Part shown: piece by piece, positions 40,440-51,234 of the stretch
Position numbering within the stretch: the stretch's first letter is position 1
Layout of the letters: every line of letters starts with the position of its first letter
Source: Raillietiella orientalis
Taxonomy: Eukaryota
NCBI GenBank assembly: GCA_036172245.1
Contig: JAYWIR010000017.1
Span: 3,472,001-3,536,000 of the forward strand
DNA: 64,000 bases
Direction of reading: 5' to 3'
Translations under genes and position numbers: made by a program
Notes under the pieces: generated by a model
Databases searched by the model: none
The model's input: only the letters and a program-made list of their open reading frames with translations
What the model was told of the DNA's origin: nothing

Positions 40440-41200
40440 GGACCGAGGGGACACGCGCGTCGTCGCTCGGGACAATCCCGGAAAATCCCGACGCGTCGCG
40501 TCCTGCGTCCGTACGATCGCGTTCTCCCGGAAGCGCACGCGATACAAATGGAAAGTTTTTATATATTGTGTTCGATTCCCGGCTTCGATTTACCCTACCC
40601 TCCTCCCCGCCTTCCTTTCTTCCAGGAAGTTTTCCTATTCCCGGCTTCCTCCGAATTTGCAATGCAAATGCGATGCGGAACCTGCGGAGGCAGGATGTTC
40701 GAGAAAGTTCCTGGTTCCTCGCACGCCGGGCTCGGAGGAACGAGAAGCCTTCCCGCTGCTGCTGCTGCCGCCGCCGCCGCCTCTGCCGCGCGCGCGTTGC
40801 CGCTGCTGGCGACGGCCGCATTCCGCGCACCGGCGCGCGGGAATTTATTCGAAGGCGCCAGCGCGCGCGCGCGCTCCCGGAGAGGGCGAGAGAGAGCGAA
40901 CCGCCCGCTCCTCCTGCTGCACGCTCTCACGATCTCTTTCCGAATTCGCCTCCGGGTGACGCGAAGGGGGGGAGGGGAAGGAACAGGGCAGAACCACTTT
41001 CACCTCCCGCGGTGGCCTCGCCTCGGCGCCAGCGGCCACGAGGAAAATCGTCCTCTTTGACAGGAGTTTTTTTTTTTTTTTTTTCCCCCGTCGCGCGCTC
41101 TTCCTCCTGCGCCACCGCCTCCACCGCGCACCGCCCCGCGCTCGCGTGCAGCAAGATGCCTCATTCGAGCTGCCGTCACCCTGCACCCCGGGACAGGCGG
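40440..41200. promoter_or_regulatory. CpG-rich island with (GCT)n(GCC)n and (GC)n tracts; promoter-like
   Basis: Visibly high GC and CpG density relative to flanks; gctgctgctgctgccgccgccgccgcc at ~40755-40781. Confidence 0.45.
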
Positions 41201-41419
41201 GAAGCTGAGGTTGAACATCGCTGAACAGCCCTCGTCAAGGCGGGTGCTGTTCGCTTCCATGGCGAAAACAGCGCTGAACAGCATCCTCCTCCGTAATATT
41301 CGGAGTTTCCGGAGCTGGTTCGATCCCAGGAATCACTCTCGACTCCCTCTTCTCTCCCTTCCCCCCTTCTTCTTCCTCCTCCTCCTTACTCCTTCCTTCG
41401 TTTTCCATCACTACATAAA

Positions 41420-43400
41420 TCTTCCTTAACACCACGCTGATGGGATTTCAGGTTTGTAAAATTCGAGCCCTGCAGCAGAGGAGATTCGCAACTCCCCCCT
41501 GAGCCTCTTCCAGCCGGGAATTCCTCTCCCGTCAGAGCCATGGAGCGGCTCGCGACATCCCTTTCTTTTTGCACAGTCGGAGAGGAAGAGGAGGACCGCA
41601 TTTGAATTATTGATCAGACCCGAGTGTGCCGCGCTGGTTACCGTGGTTCCCTTCCTCCGCGTGCACACTCCCTCCTCGACGCTTGGAGAAGGATTCCTGA
41701 CGGTGGGGAAGAGCTCTCCGGCAGCGGCAGGAGGGAGGAGTCGTTCCCCTCATCAGCCGCTGGGCTCTTCCGGGTAAACTAGAGAAAACCGTCACGCTCG
41801 GCTCTGGTCCACAGAAGCTGGATGGAGCAGAGACGCAGGGAAGAGAGAGTGTCGGAGTTTCCGTTCGGGTCCAGAGAGTAAGGTGGCGTTCCTTGAAGCC
41901 TTCGCCGCTTATCCGAGGTCAGGAGACTCTCAAGCAGTTTCGGTTCGATCGTCCCTCCTCCCCGATCTCGACGGACGAATTCGCTTCGTCCCGGAAACGG
42001 CCAGATGCCCAGAAACAGACGTCCGGCGGTTCGTTCAGGATGTCCAGGCTCCGCTCCGGCGACTTTCACCCTCTGGCGTGACGGGAAAGTCGTTCGCTCT
42101 CCTGGCCTCATGGGTTCGTGCGGCTTGCGGAAAATTTTCGATCCCGGAGCTCAGGATGGGGCGCGCGCGCGCTTTGGGGCTCAAACGCTATCGCGGGGGC
42201 GATGGAAAAAACCGATCAGGTCGCGTGGAAACCGTCTCTGGTGGGATGCCGCGGGACCATCTCTTCCCGCATCTTCCTGCACGCACCGACCAGGTGCCCT
42301 CGAGCGATCGAGACCAGACTTGCATGCTGGAGCCTCTGGATGGAGACCCGGAACGTTCTTCAGACCCGTGCAACGATCGAAGGTAGCCCTTGGGACATAG
42401 AGGGAACCTTATAAAGCCGGACGGAAGGTCATGGTTGGAGCCTCCAGACCTCAACACTGAGCAGCGTTCCTCAAGCAGTAAACCACACGATTCTCTCTCG
42501 GAAACCTCCAGAAGCTCCACGACGCAGCCTTCTCGCCTAAATAAGTAGCGCCTCGGCTCTTTACCAGCATCGGCGATGCTTTGACCCGCCTGCTGCGGCA
42601 GCAGTACACGTGCTCCTCCTGTCTGCAGCCAAATTGCCACGCCTGGCTGCACGAAGCGGCGGACACCTAGGCATGGTCCTCTCGGATCAGTCCCGGAACT
42701 GCTCTGTCCTGTCGGACGCCTTGGAAGATTAGGAGATACGACGACACCCCCAGAGGTGGACATAATCCAACACCGGTTCCCTATCCGTAGCGCCGTCCTC
42801 CCTGTGGGAGCTTGATGGCAACGGTCAACCGGTCAGGTGGGAGTTTTCCTGCTGCACGGAGGGATTCAACAAATCGGTAAGCGGCTGATGGCCCGAGGAC
42901 TTTTGAACGCCACAATGCCAATTGTTTGCTCCCAAGGAACTGTACCCGTGGGCAGACAATCTGGGCATCCACCTGGCTGCACCAGTGGTTCCCGCCACTT
43001 ATCGGAAGGCTCAGTGCTTCTCCTTCGCAAGCAACACGCGGCGATACCTTTTTTGCACTGGGGATCCCTGGACAACCAACTCAGACACCACGGGACAGAG
43101 GAAAATACGCGTCCGGTGACCGTACCAGGTGAGTGGGGACATTGGACATTCTCGCACCTGCCTCTGAATTGCGAGTTCCTCACCAGAGCATGGCAAAGAA
43201 TTGTAGCAGCCCCTCCCAAATCCGGGGGGGCTGCTACCATTCTTTGTAGCAGAAGCTGCCGATAGTAGTCTCCCGAATCCAGGGGACTACTTTCGGCAGC
43301 TTCTGCGGCGATTCTTCGTCGCAAGGACTGTCGACCTCCCGACCACTGACAACGCAGTTCTGCAACCGCCCAGCATTCGAGACAAATCGCCACTACGCTG
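41420..43400 (-). mobile_element. Decayed L1/Tx1 LINE 5' half (structured 5' region, ORF1, endonuclease start)
   Basis: Zinc-knuckle remnant CK../GHLVGAC (~42275-42323); EN start HSGLINN..GGVANLL. Confidence 0.55.
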
Positions 43401-43799
43401 AGTAGAAGGGCAGCGCCGGAGGCCTCACGACCGCTGCTTCATCCCGCCCACGATGGCGAGGGTGTCAAGATGGCCTGATTTCCATCCCGAAATCAGATAT
43501 CACCTCCCCGGACTACGGAAAGGCTATAAGAAAGACGCAGCTCAGACCCTCCCTTTGGTGTGCCCTGGAGATACGAGCCTCCATGACATATGGATGAATG
43601 TTTATTTATTTTGAATAAATGTTCCGGCGTGACCAAGTTTAAAGAAACGATGGTGCTGAACAAGTCGAGGAAGGGTGAAAGCTCTAAAAAGCCTGAAGAA
43701 GGAAAGAAAGGAAGGAAGGAAGAAAAATTCTCTCCTTGTATTTCCTGCATGCAAACCCGGATCTTTCAAATCTATCCCAGAAGGAAAAGGTGGAACAGA

Positions 43800-44990
43800 T
43801 TTGCTGTGGTCCTGGACCGAAATTGGTAGAGAGCCATGCAGCAGGGAACCCTCTTAGTGATGCTCCGTCAAAGCAGTTCCCTCGGGTTTACGACCAGCCG
43901 GTTGTCTGACTTTCATCTCGGCATCGGAGAAGAAACAAAGAAAGGAAGGAAGTAAAAAATTGCATTCGGACATCCTCCACCTCCCGGACTTCGGCGGCAG
44001 CGAGTCTCCATGACGGTTTTTCTCGTCAGATCAAATTTCTCAGCCCTTTGCCGTAACGAGCACGCTTATCTCGATGCCTTCCATGATGGATGGTGCCAGA
44101 CGGCCTGCAGAAACCTGTTTGCACGCATCTTAAATTTTCATCCAGGAGGATACTTCGGGGACTGAGTCTGGGATGTGCTTCCCGTGTCAGCGACAAGGGT
44201 CGGGTCATTAAGCGGAGCCGTGGGTTTAGCAGCTGAGGACGCGAAGGGTGCTCTGCTGTGCTTCCTAACGTTCAGCAGGGGACTGAAGATGATCACGCGG
44301 ATGTGCTGCAAGTTCATCACTTGGTGGTTTGTTCGGTGCAAGGGCGGGCCGTTCGGATCGTCGCGTAGCAACAATGCGAACCTGCGAATTACACGAAAGC
44401 GAGCCCGTTCGTTTACCAAGCTCCCAACGGAGGGAGATGAAGATTCGCTCTGCAAGAACGCCACAAGATGGACACGCTCAGAACACACATCGTCTGCTGT
44501 CCTAGGCAGCAACCCTCTGGACGAAAGAAGCTTAGATACTCCCTAGGAATTCATTCCGGATATTCTTTTATGTCTTTCCTCGCAGGGAAAGCAACATGTT
44601 TGCACTTCTATAAATGCTCATCATTAGATGCATAAAGGAACATCCTGAGAGAGTCTTTTGTTTGATTTCTACAGTTTGTTTAGATGAGTGAACGACGCTG
44701 TTGCGTGACTCTGTGTGAACTCCGAGAACAAGACGAAACGCGTTCTCTTGGAGGATGAAAATGGTACCCCAGGGTTTCTCCTTCTCGATCATTTTCTTCC
44801 TTTTCCTTGTTTGCCGTTTGCGCACCTTCAGAGCACTGGATTTTTTCTGATGCGTACCAAAGCACATTTCGTACAGAGGGAACTGCTCTGCTCTTTCACA
44901 GCTGACAGCATCTCGTTGCTGCTATGCCGGCACGCTCACCGGCGAGGATAAAGACGAGAGGAACTCTTCTTCCATGAACTCAAACCTTCC
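43800..44990 (-). mobile_element. hAT transposase relic (BED region to TRWN)
   Basis: LSAVKEQSSSLCTK (BED-like), FILQENAF, TADDVCS, RARF.VIRRF, LRCVQ, TRGNCFD (TRWNS.FD-like) in order. Confidence 0.6.
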
Positions 44991-45226
44991 GCGAAATGTC
45001 TTTATCCTCGCCGGTGAGCGTGCCGGCATAGCAGTAACGAGATGCTGTCAGCTGTGAAAGAGCAGAGCAGTTCCCTCTGTACGAAATGTGCTTTGGTACG
45101 CATCAGAAAAAATCCAGTGCTCTGAAGGTGCGCAAACGGCAAACAAGGAAAAGGAAGAAAATGATCGAGAAGGAGAAACCCTGGGGTACCATTTTCATCC
45201 TCCAAGAGAACGCGTTTCGTCTTGTT
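44727..45226. repeat. Near-perfect inverted repeat: 229-bp arms (44727-44955, 44998-45226), 42-bp spacer
   Basis: Arms are reverse complements with one mismatch seen (gttgctgc vs gttactgc); mirrored ORFs in the track share the same translation. Confidence 0.97.
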
Positions 45227-46739
45227 ACTAACTAGAAAGTTGGGTTTTCCGTTATGGAACTGAAGTAGAGATTTCTTCTTTTTTCTGAATTCCCGGAATT
45301 TTTGTACCAACTTTGCAGAGCGGTAGTTACTAAATTATGATTTTGTTCCCCCATCCCCCCACCCAGGAAAAGTCAGTACAGCATCAGGATGAATGACTTC
45401 GAAGAGCACAGTAGGCATAAAGAAATGCTAACGGCAAGTTAGCTCTGGAAATCATGAAAACGGTCCACAGCAGAAGCTGCTCGACTCCGAAAGAGGTTCC
45501 AAACTTCACTCGAATTGTCAATGTTTGTTCTTTTGTTTGCCCTCAAGTGAGCAGACAAGAAAAAGCAGGCAAGGGTTTTCTTGCATCCCATTGCTTCACC
45601 ATTACGAACAGCAAAGCATCAAACCAGTTCGATCCCACCATCCCCTCACAAGTGATGAGTGAATTTCGGGAACCGAGAACACGCGTTGCATTTCTGATCG
45701 CAACAAATCCTCCCGGATGTCTCTGAGCGCACTCAGGTACTCTGCAGAATGAAGGGATGGGAGGCTGTGGGAGAGCTCCTTGAAATAATTTTGATTTCAT
45801 CTCTGAGAAAAATACTTATTGTAGGGCAGACAATTCCAAAGCCTTTCGCTTCCGTGCATCCCGTGACGAAAAGGTACACAGACGCGTAACAAATCTTGGT
45901 GCTTCGATGGCATGCAACTATCCACAAGAAAATAAAAAAAAAGACATCATAAAATGAACATGAAATGTTTCAGGGAGTACATCTGCTTCGAAGTTAATTT
46001 ATTCCTTAGTTTTTGAATATTCTTCGGGGTAATGAAATCCTGGAACTTGATGTCACCTGCAGCTCTGAAGTAGCTTGTATCCTGACAGCTGCTCTGTCAT
46101 AGCTATTGAATTAAAAAGAAAAATCCACTTCTTTTACGCATCCCCCTCCCCTCCTCCCCAGAAATTTACGGAAATTTGCTAAATTATGGTTTGGAATCAA
46201 GTTCCTGAGAAGCTGCATCTGGCTGGAGAATATGCCCGTAGGATTCTAGAGTGCTTTCACGTGCTTTTGGAAATGCCTTTGGGACTGTATTCGAGTCAGA
46301 CACCAAAATTTTTAAATTCTAACACGCCCGTGAGTTCCCTGAAAGGAACTGAATGTCCAAGTCGAAGCTTCGTCCTTTTGCTTAACATTCACCCATAAGA
46401 TGGACGTGTGGAAAAGCCGTCTTGTCTCTTGCAGTTCCAAAGCACCATGATGGTATGCATCGTGACATCAAAAGCATCAAAAGCAGATTTCGATTTCTTT
46501 CTTTCTTTAATTTAGTTTTTACTCAATCATAAAAGAACAGCTCAGAACGTAATTCTTCAAACAAGCAGAGAAGACAAGATTTCACAACGGATTTTTCCCT
46601 GTTACAGAAATCATGAAATCACATTACTAAGGATTACCTGATTAAATAGTGAGACTTTTCAGAGAATCATGGCATCTTGAATTACCAGTAGCTCACAGCT
46701 TCCCAATGTAGTCCTTAGGCAGAATCAGATGCTTTGTAA

Positions 46740-47620
46740 AACCCATGGTGTCGACTCTCGGATAGAAAGTAGATCGCAAGTGTCTCCACGCCGAACCACC
46801 TCTGTGAGGCAGGATGTGGATGGGTTGCTTCTTCAAGCGGTGTGCGGAAGTGTGGACTCGTTCAGGGATATGAAGTTTCCTTATGTCTTCTATTATAGAG
46901 GAACTGCTACAAATTTACGAGCACCCGACTGCCTGATTTTCATCTTTGCATTCAAGGGGAAGAGCTACAAAATCAGGTGCATTACGAAACCACAAGTATC
47001 CTCGCAGAAGCGTGAGAAAAATCGTAGTCTTCTAATAAAGGTGACAGCACGTGCCATTTCTTTCCGCCCACTACTAAAAGGTCCAAAAGCTATCGGACTA
47101 CTCTCGCGAGATCGCTGGTAAATTGGATTTCACCTTTGATTTGTGTTGTTACAGCTACAAAGGCATAGATGGAGTACACCACAGATGGGGCAGCCGCCTT
47201 CTCTTGGAATTGGTGATTTTGACTGATTGTTTTTGGTTCATGGCAGCAGCACAGCAGCGGCAATCCTTCAGATGCTATCTGCATTGTTTTTGCGTGACCA
47301 ATTATTTCATTCCCGGCAAAGTAGCATGATAAATGGGTTGATTCAGACAGGGAAAGTTCTGTTTGGTGTCACACATCCCTTAAGGTGTGTTTCATGCTGA
47401 TTGACAAATGTTCAGGAATTTCCGTCGTTAGGAAGCACGGAAAAAAACTTCGGGAGTTTAGCTTCCAGAAGAATGAAGGTAGCGCATGGTCCAGGAATCT
47501 CCCGCTTTTCAGCAGAACTGATTGAGAGGACTGCTGATGGCAGTGCACACGGTTTCGTACCCTCGGACCTTGCACAGTTGCCATGTTGTACTTCCCTCGA
47601 AAGCTCGCGATGCAGTGAAA
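46740..47620 (-). mobile_element. L1-type ORF2 fragment (EN end to RT start)
   Basis: LDH..FWKLNS, KKWHVLSPLL, HPHPASQRWF (IHP.Q.GF-like). Confidence 0.4.
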
Positions 47621-47711
47621 AATTGTAGGATGCAGCTTTTCGGATTCGTTGATAACTTTCATAGTAACTGTTAATTTTTTAGAAAAACAAAAACAAAAAC
47701 TCTATCCTAGT

Positions 47712-48447
47712 CCGCGTCGGAGGCCGTGTGGTTACGGTGGTCTCCGCGCGTGGCACCATGCGTCGAGGGTTCGGATACTCCGAAGGAATCGACTCAGTGC
47801 GTCGTGGGTCCCGAGTTCACCCCACAAGATGACGCTGGTTGGCCTACATTCATCCGGGTGCGGCACCGTATGAATGTAGGCTACCAGTGCCGAAACGCAA
47901 ACATGAGGGTCGGGACAAACGGGATCGACCACCGGGTCCTTCCAAGAATCACGGAGTGAGGAGTTCCCCCTCCGGTTGTGAAGGAACGGATCCCCCATTC
48001 CGGGGGGGAACCTCTCCGCGACGGGTTGATGGAGTAGGTGTGTAGCCACCACCTCTCCAGAGAGCGCAGAGACGCGAGTCGATCCCTTCGGGGAAGCTGC
48101 GTCCTTCCGAATTTCCGAAGCGTCCCTTCTGGGTTCTCTTCAGAGGAGTAAAAACAGGAGCGGATCCCTTGCGGGGGATCCCTCCGGAGAAGAAATTCCC
48201 AGATCGGATCCTTTCCGGGTTCCCTTCAGAGAAGAAAAACCGGAGCGGACTCCCCCGGGGGTCCTCCGAAGAGCGTAAGAAAGGAGGATTCCCTTCTGGA
48301 TTCCCCTTCGGAGACAACCAGGATGGAGGTGATGTCCATTTCCGGGGATGCCTTCCCAGGCGTGAGAGGAACGGACTGCGAGTCCTTCCTGGATTCATAG
48401 GGCGGACTCTTCCCGGGGTACCCCCTATATCGAAGAATTACCCACCC
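47712..48447 (+). mobile_element. tRNA-derived SINE, young copy 1
   Basis: A-box-like aggccgtgtgg, B-box ggttcggat; near-identical to 61340-62098; candidate TSD aaaaacaaaaacaaaaa (47683-47699 and 48466-48482). Confidence 0.85.
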
Positions 48448-48929
48448 ACTCTTTGTTCTGAGAAAAAAAACAAAAACAAAAAGGGTCAGCAAAATGCAAG
48501 GGGGAAAAAATTCACCTCCTGTAAAATGACGCAGCCAACTAATAACATCCTCTGTTCCAAGTGATATCTTGGACTTTTTTATGGTTCTGTATTTTTTAGA
48601 GATATACAATGTACGTGTTGGGGTTTCCTCTACGGCTGGAAATGTTCCCATGCTAACCAAGCTCCAGATTGGTTCGATGTTTCCAAGTCGTAGAAGTCAC
48701 TTCCTCTCAGGAAACACTTTATTCGTACTCATGAGCGTACATAAAGAAGAGGGTAAGCGAAAAGAATGCTTCCATTTTTTGTTCTTTATAGTGGCAGTCT
48801 TCCTGATTGCTAAAGGTGATATCAGAGGACTGTGGCAGATCTGAATCCCCCTTTTGCAGGAACCATTAGGGAAGGGAATTTTGAATCCTTTTGATATCTG
48901 CAACTGCAGTTTGGTTCCCTACCCGGTTC

Positions 48930-49620
48930 TGTTAACGCCAACCCTCAGTTTCCGCGGTGAAGATGCAAGGGTGACGCTTTGAAGCCAAAAGCGACCCCTC
49001 GATAGAAAGGTCACATGATCCGATATTCCGCGATTCCCGATTCAAAATCCGAGGGATCACGGAGTAGCAACCAGCTGATGACTCGTTGTGACAGAATCGC
49101 CAATTTTCGAATCCACTGATGAGTTCGTGCCCTGAACTCATCCGCAGAGGATGTAGTAGGAATCTACGAGAATGGACCGATGAATCTCGCTTCCAAGGGC
49201 ACTGCTGGCAAGCTTAAAAGAGGCTTCCCAGATTCATTGTGGTGCTGTCATCTTGGGAAAGCACGCGTGCGTCTGCGCGGGTTGCTGAGAGGTCTCGATT
49301 TTGCAAACACGGTGTCAAAGAAAGGCGAGATTTATTTTCTTGCATGGGAAGCATCATCCAGAACTTTCCGGCGATCACAGGAACCACGCGGAGTGCACTG
49401 AACGTACCTGCGGCGTGTCCACATGCGTACACGCATGAAACGTCACATCTGCAAGGATGCAGCGAAATTCAGTTTTTGCTGAAATCCACAAGAGCTCAGG
49501 TTAGGTGTGACCTTCAGCGGATCTCTGCCGTTCTTGTCATCCGCTCCAGAGTCGTGAGCCGGAGTTTGAGCGCACCGATATCAACCTAATCCATGCAAAC
49601 TCACGCGTAAGCTGGATTTT
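48930..49620 (-). mobile_element. Possible DIRS-like reverse transcriptase relic
   Basis: ISPFF..KSRPL, LVDSYY (DL.DAY-like) and YRGVAFGFKASP (LPFGL..AP-like) in order. Confidence 0.4.
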
Positions 49621-51234
49621 TCGTGTGCCCACAGCCATGCAGGGGGAGTATGACTGAGGGATCTCTCAGGGCATCATCGTTTTCATCTCCACGTTTTCCG
49701 ATGGGTTCGGGGGGAAAAAAGCGAAACGCAAACAGAAAAGCAGCTCACCCCTGCTGCCCGGCCCGCGGCTCCAGCGCCGCTGGTTGTTTGTCTTCCTCGC
49801 GAATTTTCGCCCAAATCTTTTTCCAGCAGTTTGCTCCCGTTCGCACTTGGCTTAGGGGTATCGCTGGAAATTTTTACACCATTGCTGCTGATGTCTCTTC
49901 GGAGGCAGCAGCATAATAAATACCGCGTGGGAATTCGATAACGCGCCGATATGTGTGGTTGTTTTGGGTATCTTTTCCTAGACGGAAGAATTAACAGATG
50001 CGATGTTTGTTTATGGCAAGGATTACGGCGCGTGTCTGTGTCTCTCCCGACCACTTATTTACGATACTGCTCTACTCTTGAGATAGAAATGATGGTAACT
50101 AACGATTCCAGGAGTATCCCGTGCTATGCTATTCACAATCAAAGGCAGGGTGTACTTATGCAAAGTGATCATTCCAAAACTGCATGTCAGAAACATCAAG
50201 CGGAAAATCGAAGATCCCATGATTTCTAATCGAGGATCCCGTAATAAACCACACGGATGTGTGGTTTCTGTTCATTGCATTTGCGTTTCGTCCGTTCCAT
50301 GCAAATGATTTAAGTGGAAGGAGAGGAAAAATAAATCGTAATTTTAATGATCACATACCCCATACAAATGGAAAATTCAGCATCGATGCGATCACAGTAG
50401 TGATTGGACTGAGCAATTTTTTTTTTTTCTCTCTGCTTTTTCAGATCTGCTTATTCACCTGCTACATATCTGTTGAACAGTTAAGGAAGCTGATGGATTT
50501 TTTTTAGAATGGCACGCATCATTGGAAGCCTCAAGCAATGATCTCTCACCGTATCTGCTGTTGGATCTTCAAACCAACTTCCTTCTCATGTACCTGCTCG
50601 AGATGATCTCTTGAACTGGATCGCATTCATCACGGATGGCATTTCCTGGAACAACCTTCCTCAAAGTACTCACAGAAATGGAAATTAAATATGTGCATCG
50701 CTCCACTTTCTGGGATTAGAAGATTCCTTCGAATCAATCCGTAGCCCACATGGCACCATAGATGCTTCCTTTCAAGGGGTCATGTTTTCTCGAGTTTTTA
50801 GTTCCGTATGTACTTGAACAAGGGAAAACGACGGGGTTCCTGAATCAGTTCCTTTAATTACTCTCCCTATAGTTTTACTTTATTTCTTTTATTTTCGGAA
50901 AGGGCAAATCCAGTTGTTGCTCTGTTTGCTAATTTTTTTGTCCTTTACGAGATGGGTCTGAAACAGAGAAATAAATTATCTTGCATCCAGCAGCTTCGAA
51001 CAATCTAAGAAGGTTCTGGAAATAAATAAGAATACACTGAACCAATTGTCAGCGACGTAAACATACGTGGATATTCGGTTGGAATACGATTTGGATCAAC
51101 AGGATCCTCCCAGGCATATCTAACCTGGAATCCAAATTGAAATTTTTCATGTTTCCTTTCATCCATGGAATATTATACTTTGAACGTGGTTTCACGTGTA
51201 GATTGAACGTTAGGAAGTTTGGAAAGTTCCTTAC

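Noticed and set aside
40175..41224. 349-aa R/A/P-rich ORF and overlapping ORFs
   Set aside because: GC-rich low-complexity DNA crossing poly-T runs, open in many frames
48078..48325. CRISPR-like array
   Set aside because: Diverged tandem units without unique spacers, no cas genes, eukaryotic context
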